From NCBI RefSeq assembly GCF_001447785.1, contig NW_015160859.1, positions 646,569-710,568 of the forward strand: 64,000 bases of DNA, in the 5' to 3' direction. This document shows, in pieces, positions 1-13,080 of the stretch (positions are counted from its first letter, which is position 1; every line of letters starts with the position of its first letter). Source of the stretch: Gekko japonicus. Its lineage: Eukaryota. The notes under the pieces were generated by a model. The model was not told the DNA's origin, searched no databases, and worked only from the letters and a program-made list of their open reading frames with translations. Made by a program: the position numbers and the translations under genes.

Positions 1-755
1 TCCTTCTTTTCCTTTGATGACATTTTGGGTGTAGAGATTGAGGCTGCTCTGGGTCTTGCTGCTGCGGCTGCAGACGCTTCTGAGCCTGTTCTTGTTCTTC
101 TAGTCTCCGTTTTGGCGAGTTACACTTTTTCACTTTTAAAATTTGTTTTGATTATAATGTCCAAAACCTTATGTGCGCACAGGCTATTCACCTTCTTTTC
201 GTTTACATCAGATAGTTTTAAAACCTTTAAAAAAGCATTTTAGTTTCAGGTCCTCCTCAAAATGTCGGGCGCAACTTCTCTATGGTTATCTGGGTAGAGT
301 AGGTCGGTTTTGCTGTTCCGGGTCCCATCTATGCGCTTGTGCTTACATCCGGTTCCCTGCTTGTCCTCTTCCGACTCCTTCTGGTTATTCCAAACCTCTC
401 TAGGAGCTGTGCTTGTTGGTAGTTTGCCGTCGGAAGAGATTTATTGGTACTCCGACCCCTTTTCTTCCCGCGATGTTTCTCGTCAGTTTCGTTTTTCAGT
501 TGCGCCCTTATCTCTAGCTAGCCGCAGGAATGTTCAACAATAGCGTTTTTCCCATTTTTAAAGCTTTAAATCAAATCGGGTTTTTTCCGGAATTAGTCTC
601 TGGGATCGTCTACTTGTTATCCGCTCAACCGCTCGGGTCAAATCGCGTTAAAATCAAGTTCAGGTAAGCAGAGCATTTAATTGTTATCAAGCGCGTCTAT
701 ACCGGGATTGCATTGCTTCTTTTAGTTCACACCAAAATTACAGTTTTATACACCA
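1..755 (-). mobile_element. Probable 5' end (5'UTR and start of ORF1) of a LINE, L1-like; runs off the left edge
   Basis: CpG-rich relative to flanks. The minus strand reads ...TRRTRTGSEASAAAAARPRAASISTPKMSSKEKK into the window edge, resembling a basic low-complexity ORF1 N-terminus. No diagnostic domain is visible. Confidence 0.4.
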
Positions 756-759
756 TTGT

Positions 760-1208
760 TCCTACTACTTTCTGAGGGTTTGCCTGCAAAAATGGTTGTT
801 TCTTTTGATAGCTAACGAGATCAATTAACTGTTTCTCAGAATTCATAAGCTTCCTTGAGCAGGACTCTGGCATAAAAATTCTCTTCATAAATAAATATAT
901 CTTAATATTTATTTAAATATTTGTAACTTGCCTTTACTCTTGCTTCAAGATGGCTTACAGATAATAGTTAAAATGTTACAGATTAAAACCATATTAAAAA
1001 ATCCCCCCCCAAGACACCTGCTGTTTGTTACCCCCATGAAGAGCCCTGGGAAGCAATTTTGCAGCACCTCCTGAAGATCTCCAGTGCAGGGGGTCCCCTC
1101 ACCTCTCCCGAGAGTCAGAATGGGAGACACAGCGGAAAAGGCTTAGGTGCCAGTTGATGCCAGAGATCTTTCATATGCTGAAAGAAAAATAAGCAGGGGA
1201 GTGAAGCA
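760..1208 (+). repeat. 449-bp direct repeat, copy 1 (copy 2 at 6643-7091)
   Basis: Base-by-base match at constant offset 5883 with about 3 substitutions. Also shown by the near-identical ORFs 945..1130 and 6828..7013. Confidence 0.95.
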
Positions 1209-2695
1209 TACACCAATTCTCAATTAGACAAGAAGCTTTAGAATGGGAAGCAAATATCAAAGAGATTCAGCATTCTGGCCTGGAGTTTATTGCCTACAGA
1301 ACTCCCAGTTGCTTAAAACAACAATTTGAGCCATCACTTTACATATGGAAATTGTGGGCTGCCTAAAAACTCACATAAGTCCTAACAGGCCCTGTGCCTC
1401 TGGTACTCAAGGATCAACATAGGTCATATAGAAAAACTTCTATACCTAAAGCTCACCACATAGCGCTTATTCTACTGGCACAAATAATGAATGCAGAGAA
1501 TGTGGCAAGTGGGAGTCGTAGGAAAAGAAAGCAGCTGTTAGGTATAGTTATGAGTAACCCAGGAGATCGTTTAGAAAATGCTAAAGGGGAATGGAAGGAT
1601 TTTTTCCGTCGTCAGGCCCTGGACAGAGAAGTTTAAATAAGTAACCCTGTAAATGTAATGTCTACTCTCCCATATCTGGCAGAATCAAATAAGGGGTCGG
1701 GCAGTATTTCCCAGTGAAATTGTTTGGAACTTGCTTCAGGTTTCACCTAGGACAATGGGAGCCAATCCACAACATAACACTCGCCAATTTGTAGCAAGAC
1801 TCCTAAAAACCAAAGAACTTAAATTCACTGGAACAGTTGAGCCTCATTCTCACAGGCATCACGGAGGATTCTGAGAGGGCTCAACAGTGCAAGTGTTTGC
1901 ACTTTGCTCTTCTCACATGTGCTCAAGCACAGGCTATGAAATAGGGTCTTAAAGGGAGTGGGCTGTTTGTACACCTTTTTCAAGCCCTCCTGCTTTGTCA
2001 GGGCAATTTACCTATGCTTAGAGAATGAGTAACTTGGAAAGGAGTTGTTTATTCTGTTCCAAGAGCACATGTGGGCCCACAAGACTTGCCCACCCCTCCC
2101 CCACTTTCTTACAGGGCCTATCATGGCTCCCAGGCTCTGCCACAGCCAGTAACAATCACGCTGGAGGTAGGTGCATTCTCTGTGCTTGCACAGAGATTAA
2201 TCTTTTTACTGGGGGGGATGTAACCATCCATATACTTCTTTAAGATTTCAGATTTTTCAGCAAACCTAGGAGTCTGACAAGTTTGCAGGAAAATCTGTTA
2301 AATGTTGTGCGGCCCCAATCCATGGATTTAGAGGTCCACAGATAGGGGACACACTTCACTATTAGATATACAGATTGCACACACTTCCCATCCCCACAGT
2401 GTTCCATCACAGTGCTTGCTGATCAGGACCTTCCACAAGGGGGAGCTATATGCACAACAGAAGTGAATCATAGGTGAATTGTTTTAAAGTATGATTTTAA
2501 GGTGGCAGGCAATCACATATTTGCTTAACTATAAGCTATATTGAATTCAGTGGAATTTACCTCTGAATAAATGCATGAAATCAAGGAGCACCAATGATTT
2601 TAGGCCTGATGTATGTCACTTACTAATGTATATATAAAGTGGAAGAAAACAGTCTAGTCAATACAAAATTAGTTTTAGAAGATTTTAATAAATGA

Positions 2696-3016
<321 letters not shown>

Positions 3017-3338
3017 TGAAATTTCTCGATGGGAAAAAAAGTTTACGTAACTTACTCCACAGTCAGAATACAAAGAATACAATATATAGCTCCATTGAAC
3101 AAAGGACATTTTTATATGGAAATAAGCTTCTCAGAGAGACTAACTAGGCTTGACATTTTACATATGTACACTTACAGGAACTCATAAGCATCATGTTCAT
3201 CTGGTTAGACCTAGACCGACTACTGCTGCTAAACAAACTGTCTGGTCTGAGGACCTTGGGGTTTGTTTATATGGATAAATGCAGTCACTCAGCAAAATAA
3301 ATTCTGGACACAAAGTTTTAAAAAGGACTAAGTACCCC

Positions 3339-6300
3339 ATTTATTTATTTATCAAATTTCTACCCCGCCCTCCCAGCCAAGGCTGGCTCAGGGTGGCTTA
3401 CACAGGAATAAACACATAAATTACACTAAAACATAAATTACAGTTAAAACAATTCTAAAGCCATCTAAACCTTCCGACATAATAAAGTGCTAGTAGTCAC
3501 TATTGTTAGTTTAGCGATGGCAGCCATTATTCAATACTCCCTTCTCACAGTCGGCTCCTAGACCTTCCTTTAGTTGTCCTATAGATGGCTGGCTCAGGCT
3601 GATATTGGAAAATTCCAGGGGGGCAGGGCTTTCTATCCGTCAGCTGTTAGTTGTTAATTGTTGGCAACAGCTCCAAAGGCCTGATGGAAGAGCTCCGTTT
3701 TACAGGCCCTGGGGAACTGTAAGAGGTCCTGCAGGGCCCTGATCTCTTCTGGGAGATCACTCCACCAGGATGGAGCTGCCACCGAGAAAGCCCTGGCCCT
3801 GGTTATTGACAGCCTGACCTCCTTGAAGCCCGGGAGGGCCAGTCGGTTCTGGGGAACATGTGGGGAAAGGCGTTCCTCAGATATGTAGGCCCCTGAACAT
3901 AAAGGGCTTTAAAGGTAAGCACTGGCACCTTGAAATGAATCTGGTATGCTATCAGCAGCCAGTGCAATGCCTTTCGGACAGGCTGGATGTGCTTCCAAAT
4001 AGGGAGTCCCATCAGAAGCCTGGCCACAGCATTTTGCACCAGCTGCAGCTTCTGGATTTGCGACAAGGGCAGCCCCATGTAGAGAGCATTAAAGGTAAAA
4101 TGTAAAGGTTTCCCTTGCTCGAAATCCAGTTGAATCTGGCTTTAGGGATGCAGTGCTTATCTCTGTTTCCAAGCCAAAGAGCCAGTGCTGTCCAAAGACA
4201 TTTCCATGGTCATGTGGCCAGCATGACTAGATGCCGAGGCGCATGGAAACCTTACCACCTAAGTGGTACCTATTTATCTACTTGCTTTCAAACTGCTAGG
4301 TTGGCAGGAACTGGGGCCAGAGACAGGAGCTCCCTCCATCACGTGGCACTAGAGTCTCGAACTGCTGAGCTACAGACCTTCCGGTCTGCAGTTCAGCATC
4401 TTAACCACTTGAGCGTTACAATATTCCAATCTCAAGGTGACCATCGCATGGATCACTGTAGCCAAGTCGTTGCATTAGAGGAAGGGAACCAACTGCCTGA
4501 TCAGCTGAAGATGGTAAAAGGCTGATTTGGCAGTGGCTGCCACCTGAGCCTCCAACGCTGACACCAGTGGTGCCCTATCGAAGGTCAGGAGCGGGATCCC
4601 TACCCTCAGGCTGCCCCGGCTAAGGCACAGGACCTCCATCTTCATCGGATTCAATCGGCTCAGCCTAAGCCAACCAGCCACGGCTTGTAATGCCCAGTCC
4701 AGATCTTCTGGTTTGGAGTCAGACTGGCCACCCGACAGCAGATATAGCTGGATGTCATCCGCATACTGGTGACATCCCAGCCCATGTCTCCGGGCAATCT
4801 CAGCAAGGGGGCACATATAGATATTAAAAAGCATCAGGGACAGCACTGCCCCATGAGGCACTCCACAACCCAGTGGGTGCCTTCGGGATAGCTGTTCCCC
4901 CAGTGCCACCCTCTGTCCCCAACCATGGAGAATGGAGGCAAGCCATTGCAAGGCCAGCCCCTGGACTCCAGTGTCAGCGAGGCACTGGATCAGTAGTTGA
5001 TGGCTGACTCTGTCTAACATTGTTGACAGGTCCAACAACAACAGCACTGCTGATCCGCCCCAACCCAGATGCCTCTGGAGGTTGTCTGTGAGGGTGACCA
5101 GTGCCGTCTCTGTCCCATGACCCAGGTGAAAACTGGACTGGAAGGGGTCTAAAATGGAAACATCATCCAAAAAGCCCTGTAACTAAATTGCCACTGCCCT
5201 CTCTATTATCTTGCCCAAATAGGGAAAGTTGCCCAAATAGGGAGCTGGCACCAATGGCGCCCCACCGAAGGCCAGAAGTGGGACCCCTACCCCCGTACCA
5301 CTCCAATTCAGGCATAGGACCTCCATCTTCGTCGGATTCAGTTTCAGTCGACTCAGCCTAAGCCAGTCCACTACGTCCCGCAGCGCTCGGTCCAGATCTT
5401 CCGGGTTAGAGCCAGACTGACCACCCAACAACAGATATAATACTCTCTTTACAGCTTTGACTGCCACCTCACAGGATCTCATAAATGTCCTATAAGATGT
5501 TCTTGTAGCTTTGTTGCGGGTGCACCGCCACTGTCTCTCTAGCCATCTTAGCCCTTGCTTCATCAGCCGCAGCTCCTTGGTAAACCATGGAGCGAGCCTA
5601 CAGTGAGGGCACAGAAGGCATTGGGGAGCAATCTCGTCAATGGCTGTCAAGAGTCAGTTATACCAATCCTCTACAAGCTCTTCTAACGAGCCACCAGGCA
5701 GCATCAGATTCCGGAGAGCCATCTGAAGTTGCAGAGGTTCTATTTGGCTCCACGGGTGAGCCAAAATGTACTTGCCGCCCAAACAGGTGGGGTGAAATAT
5801 TCAGACGGGCCTTCAAGGCAAAGTGGTCCCACCATGGTACCGCCAAAGCGGTAATCCAGTCCACTGTAACCCCCTCCACGAAGATCAAATCAAGCATGTG
5901 CCCAGTGGGTGGGAGTTGTTACATATTGGGAGAGTCCTAGTGCCACCATGGACAACTCCAGGTCCATTGCCTGAGTAGAGGCCGCATCATCAGCATGGAC
6001 ATTGAAATCACCCGGGACTATCAGTCTAGGTTGTCCTAATGCTCAGCATGATACGGCCTCCACCAGGGATGGCAGGCTATTGGCCGGTGCGTTGGCCAGT
6101 CAGTACACCAACCAAATCGCCACACTCTCCTCAGCTTCCCACACTAGGCCGGCCCATGTTCCTCGATGGTGGGAGTGCTCTGAAGGAGTAAGCCTCCTGG
6201 ATGAATAGAGCCACTTCTTCCCCCCTCCGCCCCCTAGTCCGCAATTGGTGAAGGACCGAGAACCCAGGAGGAGCCAACTGGGAGAAAGCTACTGTCTCCC

Positions 6301-6600
6301 CTTCTCGCACCCAGGTCTCGGTCACGCACACCAGGTCTACGTTCTGCTCCTGCAGAAAGTCCCGAATGACCATGGTCTTATTATTTATAGACCTGGTGTT
6401 ACACAATGCCAATGTTTGGGGGGGGGGGTGTCAATCATCCTAGTCCCACTACCTACTACCTTTGGGATGAGATGCAGGCTGGAAGGGGGCTGAGCTTCTC
6501 TACTTCTCCATCCCCTTCCCTTATCTCCATGCCCGGTCCAACCACTATACTTCCCCCTCCCCTGGAGCACTGGAATCCCTTGCCCGGTCATCATCACACC
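3339..6600 (-). mobile_element. L2-clade LINE, degenerate ORF2 (APE endonuclease + RT) with 3' tail
   Basis: APE motifs CNTRSINNK/VCVTETW (6131..6412); RT motifs GVPHGAVLSLMLFNIYM/YADDIQLY (4475..5170); C-terminal LQLVQNAVARLL (3803..4078); (TAAA)n-type tail near 3340. Confidence 0.9.
4092..4410 (-). mobile_element. Sauria-type SINE inserted in the L2
   Basis: Starts AAGGTAAAA..TAAAGGT (reverse of the ACCTTT tail) with body motifs GGTCATGTGGCCAGCATGACT and GTGGTACCTATTTATCTAC. Flanked by GAGCATTA/GAGCGTTA (4084-4091, 4411-4418), and the L2 reads through when it is removed. Confidence 0.85.
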
Positions 6601-6642
6601 TAATGATCTTTGCCAGCTACAAACCAGCTGTGAGCCTCAGAC

Positions 6643-7091
6643 TCCTACTACTTTCTGAGGGTTTGCCTGCAAAAATGGTTGTTTCTTTTGATAGCTAACG
6701 AGATCAATTAACTGTTTCTCAGAATTCATAAGCTTCCTTGAGCAGGACTCTGGCATAAAAATTCTCTTCATAAATAAATATATCTTAATATTTATTTAAA
6801 TATTTGTAACTTGCCTTTCCTTTTGCTTCAAGATGGCTTACAGATAATAGTTAAAATGTTACAGATTAAAACCATATTAAAAAATCCCCCCCCAAGACAC
6901 CTGCTGTTTGTTACCCCCATGAAGAGCCCTGGGAAGCAATCTTGCAGCACCTCCTGAAGATCTCCAGTGCAGGGGGTCCCCTCACCTCTCCCGAGAGTCA
7001 GAATGGGAGACACAGCGGAAAAGGCTTAGGTGCCAGTTGATGCCAGAGATCTTTCATATGCTGAAAGAAAAATAAGCAGGGGAGTGAAGCA
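6643..7091 (+). repeat. 449-bp direct repeat, copy 2
   Basis: Matches 760-1208. Confidence 0.95.
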
Positions 7092-7949
7092 GGACCTTCA
7101 GATCAACTTCAATCACTTGAACTTCAAGGAATGTATGCAAAGCAGAAAAAAACCCAGTAAAAGGCCAGGTCACTGGACCAATAAAATAAATAACTCACTT
7201 CTGTGAGGCAAGTTCTTAAAATGTCTATTATCGGGTTGAATTTAATCTCAGTCCCAGTTCATCATTTCAGTGCAGATTGTAGTCAGTCCCACCCTATGAA
7301 GCCTAAGGAGTAAGTGATTCAACTCACTAATTAACTCTTGTGAATAGATTAGGGAGGTTTCCAAGGACAATTCTCCACAATAAAAAAATCTTGCAGCTGA
7401 ATGTAGTTATGCTGTGAGCAGATTGCTTACAGTGACTCGCAAGGCTGGGTCCTGCTAAATTTATAACCCTTTCCGACCAGCAAACAAAATAAAAGCCTAA
7501 ACTACCTCCATTCCTTACACAAACATATACCATTTAGGAAATGATAAAGTGAAGCACCAGCCCTGTTGCCTGCTTTTCCCTCATTTCTCAGACATCAGCC
7601 ACAGGCTTTTTTTTCATTTCCCACCAGCTGATTCTCCTGTCATCCCTGATGCTTTGGTGGTGGGGGGGGAGGCTTGGCATTGCACTGCTGTCCCTTCCTC
7701 CATCTCTTGAGCTCCAGGGCATGCTTTATCCTTCCCCTTGTGGCCCACAGATTGGTTCATGAGTTGTAGGAGAGGAAAGAGGAGAATAGGCAGGGAACTG
7801 CATTATCTGTCCTTCCTACCTTCCTTACCTGATTTACCTTTGCTCTTAAAACTGTAAGTGGGTAAAGGGGGCAATCCTGTTTCAACCATTCATAAATCAG
7901 ATATGCAGAATACACAGCACATGTGGAATGCAGCTCCACATAACATTCC

Positions 7950-8913
7950 TGTTAAGGGAGCTTAGGTGATTTCTCCTACCATTCCCCTAGTGGCGAAACG
8001 GGGACCCGCCCTCAACCCTGGGAGACTGAGCAGCTGTTCTGTGGCTCGCAAGCCGGTTTTTGCCTTCCCACCCTTCCTGATGGGGCTGTTTCCCTTTGTT
8101 ACATGCTGCCACCACTCACTGGATTCACCCCACCTTCCTAGAGGGGCAGTGAGACCCCTCTGGCTGATTCCCCAACCTTGGGAAGTTGGTACCACAATCT
8201 TTGGGCGCCCCCTGGAGAGTTGGCAACCCCTCCCATTTGGCCCCGTTTGGGTTCCCTGGCCTCCCTTTTGTTTCTGGTAATGTGCCAAGTGAGGAGGACT
8301 AAGTGGTCAAGGCACCCCAGGTCTTAAACTCAAAAAAGGTTTATTTGAGCTATATACATATTAGGCACAGAACTTAAACACATGCACATCAACACAACCT
8401 GGGCACAGAAAATAAACAGGATTTAAAACACCATTCCTCTGTCCCCTACACACACCCTCTCTATCTCTGGAGGTTGTGGGCCTCAGGATGGGATTTACTT
8501 CCCCCCTCCTGTTTTTGTAGAGAAACCCCAGCCCTCTTCAGGACTGGTCACTTGCACTGTTACCCTCCTGGCTGTCTCCCAAGGTTTATAGTGGCCTGGA
8601 TGCCCTGAAGTCTGTAGTAACAGGAGCCCCACCTGTACACTCCCTTGAAGCTGCCGTTCAAGCTGAGCTGAAGGCCAGGCTAGGCTGAGGCTGAACCCCC
8701 CACTCAGGACCAAAGCCTTTTTCTCCCTGGCTCTGCCCCTGGGGTGTGTCCATATTTTCCCACACTTTTCCCTAAAGCTTCTGGGAACCGTAGGTAGGGA
8801 GGTATGGTAGCTCCATTGTTCCCTATGGAGTACCTCCCCCCTCCTAAGGACTACTAGGCTGGCATCCATTTTAAAATACCCTGCTGCCTCTGCATGGCAG
8901 CCATTTTGTTACA
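7950..8913 (-). mobile_element. Probable solo LTR (~960 bp)
   Basis: GC-richer block with TG...CA termini (TGTTA.../...TTACA). The minus strand has TATAAA (~8585) upstream of AATAAA (~8340). No clear TSD. Confidence 0.5.
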
Positions 8914-9827
8914 CCCTTCATCAACTTCAACAGCAATGGTGGCTCTAAGCAGACAGCCCTGACATGTCAGTGTACATATGTAAAATGTAACATCTGGTTA
9001 GACCCTTCGAATTGCCCTTTAGAAGTTTGTGTATTTATTTATTTAGAACATTTATTAGCCACATTTCTACCTTGTGGAACTCCAGGCCACTTACAATGTA
9101 AACAAAACATTTATTTATTTATTTAATTAATTAATTTATACCCCACCCTCCCCATGAAGGCAAGCTCAGGGTGGCTTACACAATTTGATACATAAACATC
9201 TATAAAAGAACACATATAAGACCACAACTGAAAGTTCCAATTAGGACTGCCAGTAAATAAAAACTAAATTAATCTCAATTGGGAAGTTGTCTCCAAATTA
9301 CAAAAGTATATTGCTTCAAGGGAAGTTTTACTGAGAGGTGTATGTGTAATGTTCATAAATCCTCCCTAATCCACTAAACAGGTGATGACTTTTAATAAGG
9401 AGAATAATCTTCAGAGTGTCTGTCTTCAGTTAGTGGAAATGAAGGGGTCACTATTAAACCTGTATTTTTGGTGGTAACATGCATGCATACTTGTCCACAG
9501 GTCCCTGTGCTAAAGTAGCTGTGGGTAGGGAAACATCCAACACCATGAGTAGATTTGCTATACTTAGAAGCTAAAAGGAAGGGGAAAGGTAGCAACTGGA
9601 TTGGCATGCTGTGGCATAGATCCAGTCATGGCAGCTCTTGCATGATAAGTTCAGGATAGCTAATAGGGGTTTGGGGAATCAGTAGTTATGCCTTCCCAGA
9701 AGCAGGGCAACTGGACCTCATTATAGTTCAACTGAGACCAAATGGCATAATATGCTGGAACCATACCAAACAGAGGGAAGGACATCAAAGAGGGTGTCAC
9801 ATATAGAAATTGTGTAATAAACTTGAA

Positions 9828-10110
9828 GGAGAGCCAGTTTGGTGTAGTGGTTAAGTGCGTGGACTCTAATCTGGGAGAACTGGGTTTGATTCCCCACTCC
9901 TCCACTTGCACCTGGCTGGATGACCTTGGGCAAGCCATAAGTCTGGCACAGCTGTTCTTGAAAAAGAGCAGTTTCTGTCAAGAGTTCTCTCAGCCCGACC
10001 TACCTCACAGGGTGTCTGTTGTGGGGAGGGGAAGGAGTTTGTAAGCCGCTCTGAGACACCTTTGGGTAGTGAAGGGCGGGGTATAAATCCAATCTCCTCT
10101 TCTTCTTCTC
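9828..10110 (+). mobile_element. tRNA-derived SINE (Squam3-like)
   Basis: Head GAGAGCCAGTTTGGTGTAGTGGTTAAG (box A) and GGGTTTGATTCCC (box B), (TCT)n tail; near-identical copy at 20388-20665. Confidence 0.88.
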
Positions 10111-10112
10111 CC

Positions 10113-10470
10113 ACACTGACCAGCTGACCATCTAAGACAAGCCCTGCTCTTTGCACCCCTGCCTTTGGAGGGGAGGTGGGTGGTGATGAAAGACAGCACT
10201 TTTTCAGTGGTGGCACATCACTTGTGGAATGTTTCTCCTTGAGGCTTGTCTGGCCCCTACACTACCCTCTTTTAGGCACCACAACAGAATGTTCAGGCTT
10301 TTAATTAAGGGGCTGATTTTTAAAGTCTGTTTTTAACCTGAGAAAAAGATTAATTTTAAGCTGTTCCCTATTTTATGCTTTGGCTGGGTTTTTAGTTCAT
10401 AATTTTTATGTTTTATGTTAGTTTTGTAAGCCACCTTGGGCAGGTTTCTTAGAGATGTGACATAGAAATT
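10113..10470 (+). mobile_element. Old L2 3' fragment
   Basis: Degenerate RAFSVVAxxLWN-like coding remnant and TGTAAGCCACCTTGGG 3' motif. Confidence 0.55.
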
Positions 10471-10554
10471 TTCCAAAAAATACATCTAAAATTGCACATT
10501 CAAATAATGCATCATATATAGAACCATTCTTCCTGGTGTAGATACCAGTAGGCA

Positions 10555-12485
10555 AGTGGTGTGAGAAAAAATAATAATTTTGGATCCAGGATTTAGAGAG
10601 GACACCCTTACATTTTATTTTTGATTTTCAGGTAGGATAGTACCCGTTCAGGATTCAAAGTCATGCTTTTCTCCCAAGCTCGTGGAATTCACAGGACTTC
10701 ATTTTAAAGGGAGAACCAAATCCAAGGGTCTGGGGCAGTTCTTTTTAAAAGATAATGGCACTAAATTTGCAAAGAATACGTCCGTCCCCCCTTAATCTAA
10801 GGACCCCCTAAGTTTCAAGCACAATGGACAAAGGGGTTCCATTGTAGAGACTCTTGAAATAAGTGCCTCTCAATGCACTTCTCTCCACTGTTTCTTATGG
10901 GGGGAAATGGAGTGTAGCCAAGTAGGAGAACACCTGCTGCTGCCATTAAATTTCTGGCCTCATCCTGTGTCTTTATGTACTCTTGCTGAATTGCATTTTT
11001 TTAACCTTTCCAATGAAAGTCTACATTTGCCACCCTTCCCTGTTGTGCTCTGTTGTCTTTAACAGAGTAAGAAAGTCTTTCTATGCAAAAAAAAATGCCC
11101 CACCCTATTACTGCAACCTTTGAAAACTGTTTAGATTTCTCAAAATGTGTGTGTGATTGCATGTGATGGATCAGTCATCCACTTGCTATGAGATAACATG
11201 TCTCCATGCTAAACTACTACTACAATTTAAAGGGTTCCTAGTGGGTGGAGTCTCTCATGCCTCTGAAAATGTCATCTGGCTCAGATCAGCAGCTGCAGGC
11301 CTTAAAAATTCCTTCTCTGGGGTATGTCTCCAATGATGACTGGTTGGGAGCACTCTGCTGAAACTTTGCAAGGGGCAAGTTGGAAGGGAGAAATGCCGTC
11401 ACCCAGGCAAGCGGGAGAATCAGAGAAAAACAATGCACCTGTTTTTGCTAATGCTAATAAACATATGAACACAAAAAACAACATGGATTTTTCTTGTGTG
11501 TGATTTTCTAATGCTTATGAATTTCAGGTTTGTGTTTACTGTTTCAGAAATCATGGTAATCACCTGGAACAGTGATTTTTGTGTATATTTTTAGTTTGGT
11601 AATTTCAGTGTGCACCCCCTTAGATGGGGGCAATTTTCCAGAATTGTTACAGAAATCTGGGATTCTTAGACATTACGAAACACACACACCAAAAAACTGT
11701 GCAGTTTTTCATGTTCAGATGCTTACAAATAGCTGCAAGTTTTTTTAAAAAATTCCCCTCTGAATTTCCCAGGCAGGGACCTCAGAAGGCAGCTCCTGTC
11801 CAGTGCAAGTCAGGCACAGGGCCCAGCAGAACTGCAGTTCTAGCTTGCTCCCTCCTTCCTTTTGGGAAGGGGTAGAGTCCTTTTTTCTCTTCAAGTAAGA
11901 TGGCTGGGGGCATGTTGTTCAGGGGCCCATAGAATTGGACCCCTTGGTCCACTTTGCTTGAAACTTGGGAGGGGGGGTGTCTTTAGTGGACAGGCAGCAC
12001 TAGTTCCCCTGAAATATTTGGTGCCATTTGGTTGAAAAACAGCTACTCCATCCCCTATGAAAAAGTGTCCCATCAAGAATAATGGCAGAGCTACAATTCT
12101 GGCTCACTAATTCTTCTTTCCCTTCTGTTCAGGGACTGGGGCCCTTTCCAGGGCTGTTCTTTCCTCCTTGTCTGCTGCTCTGCTAGTAGGATGGCTGGGG
12201 GCACCTTGTCTAATTATCTTGAAACCTGTGAGGTCTTTAGAGGGAAGACTATGATCTGTGCAAATTTGGTGCCATTATCTTTAAGAGCAGCTGCCCCCAG
12301 ACCCCCAAATTTGTTTCTCATTAAAAATAATGATCCTAAAAATCTGGAACCCTCCCCCCAAAAAAACAACAACCCCACACTGATTTGAAACTTGAACTGG
12401 TAATGTCCTGTTTGAAAACCAGCAATCATACTAAAGGTCTGTCCACTAAAGACCTGGATACAATTTTTCTTGGTGCATGCCCCCA
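10555..12485. mobile_element. Degenerate non-autonomous DNA transposon with long inverted arms
   Basis: 10580-10860 is a diverged reverse complement of 12210-12470 (e.g. GATAATGGCACTAAATTTGCA vs TGCAAATTTGGTGCCATTATC). A related internal unit lies at ~11910-12050. Confidence 0.55.
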
Positions 12486-12570
12486 CCCTGAAGAACTAGC
12501 AGAGAAAATTGTTTATAACAATAATGAAAGCAAATAACTATCTACATTTTTTTCTTTTCCCCCAAATCAG

Positions 12571-12797
12571 GAAAAGCCTTGAAGCACACAATACAAAGAT
12601 TCTTTGCTGTAGAAAATGGGGTACGCAAAGGGATTCCTAAAATCATTGTAGTTTTCATAGATGGCTGGCCATCAGATGATATTGAAGAAGCTGGCATAGT
12701 GGCCAGAGAATTTGGTATTAATGTATTTATTGTGTCCGTTGCAAAACCTGCACCTGAAGAACTTGGGATGGTTCAAGATGTTGGCTTTGTTAACAAG
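12571..12797 (+). CDS. COCH: Cochlin coding exon (vWFA1), 227 bp
   Basis: aaatcAG|GAAAAGCC...AACAAG|GTgagg. Encodes [12 protein letters not shown]...[34 protein letters not shown]...FVNK. Confidence 0.97.
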
Positions 12798-12874
12798 GTG
12801 AGGAGAGGATTTCCTCGTTTCCATTCTGTCTCTACTAACATAAGCAACAACCATATGCATGGCTTTGGTTTGAA

Positions 12875-13080
12875 CACATGAAACTGCCTTATACTGAATC
12901 AGACCATTGGTCCATCAAAGTCAGTATTGTCTGCTCAGACTTTCAGTTGCTCTCCAGGGTCTCACACATTTCATATCATACACCTACAGCCAGATCCTTC
13001 AACTGGACATGCCAGGGATTGAAACTGGGACCTTCTGCATGCCAAGCAGATAATGTGGCACCAAGCGTAGCCCCTTCCCA
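12875..13080 (-). mobile_element. tRNA-derived SINE (Squam2-like)
   Basis: Minus strand has a tRNA-like head (CTGCTTGGCATGCAGAAGGTCCCAGTTTCAATCCC) and a CR1-like tail (GGTCTGATTCAGTATAAGGCAG). Related copy at 59252-59460. Confidence 0.75.

Noticed and set aside
9828-9905. tRNA genes (also ~13000-13080, ~20390-20450, ~59255-59325)
   Set aside because: These are SINE heads continuing into SINE bodies and tails; no intact cloverleaf.
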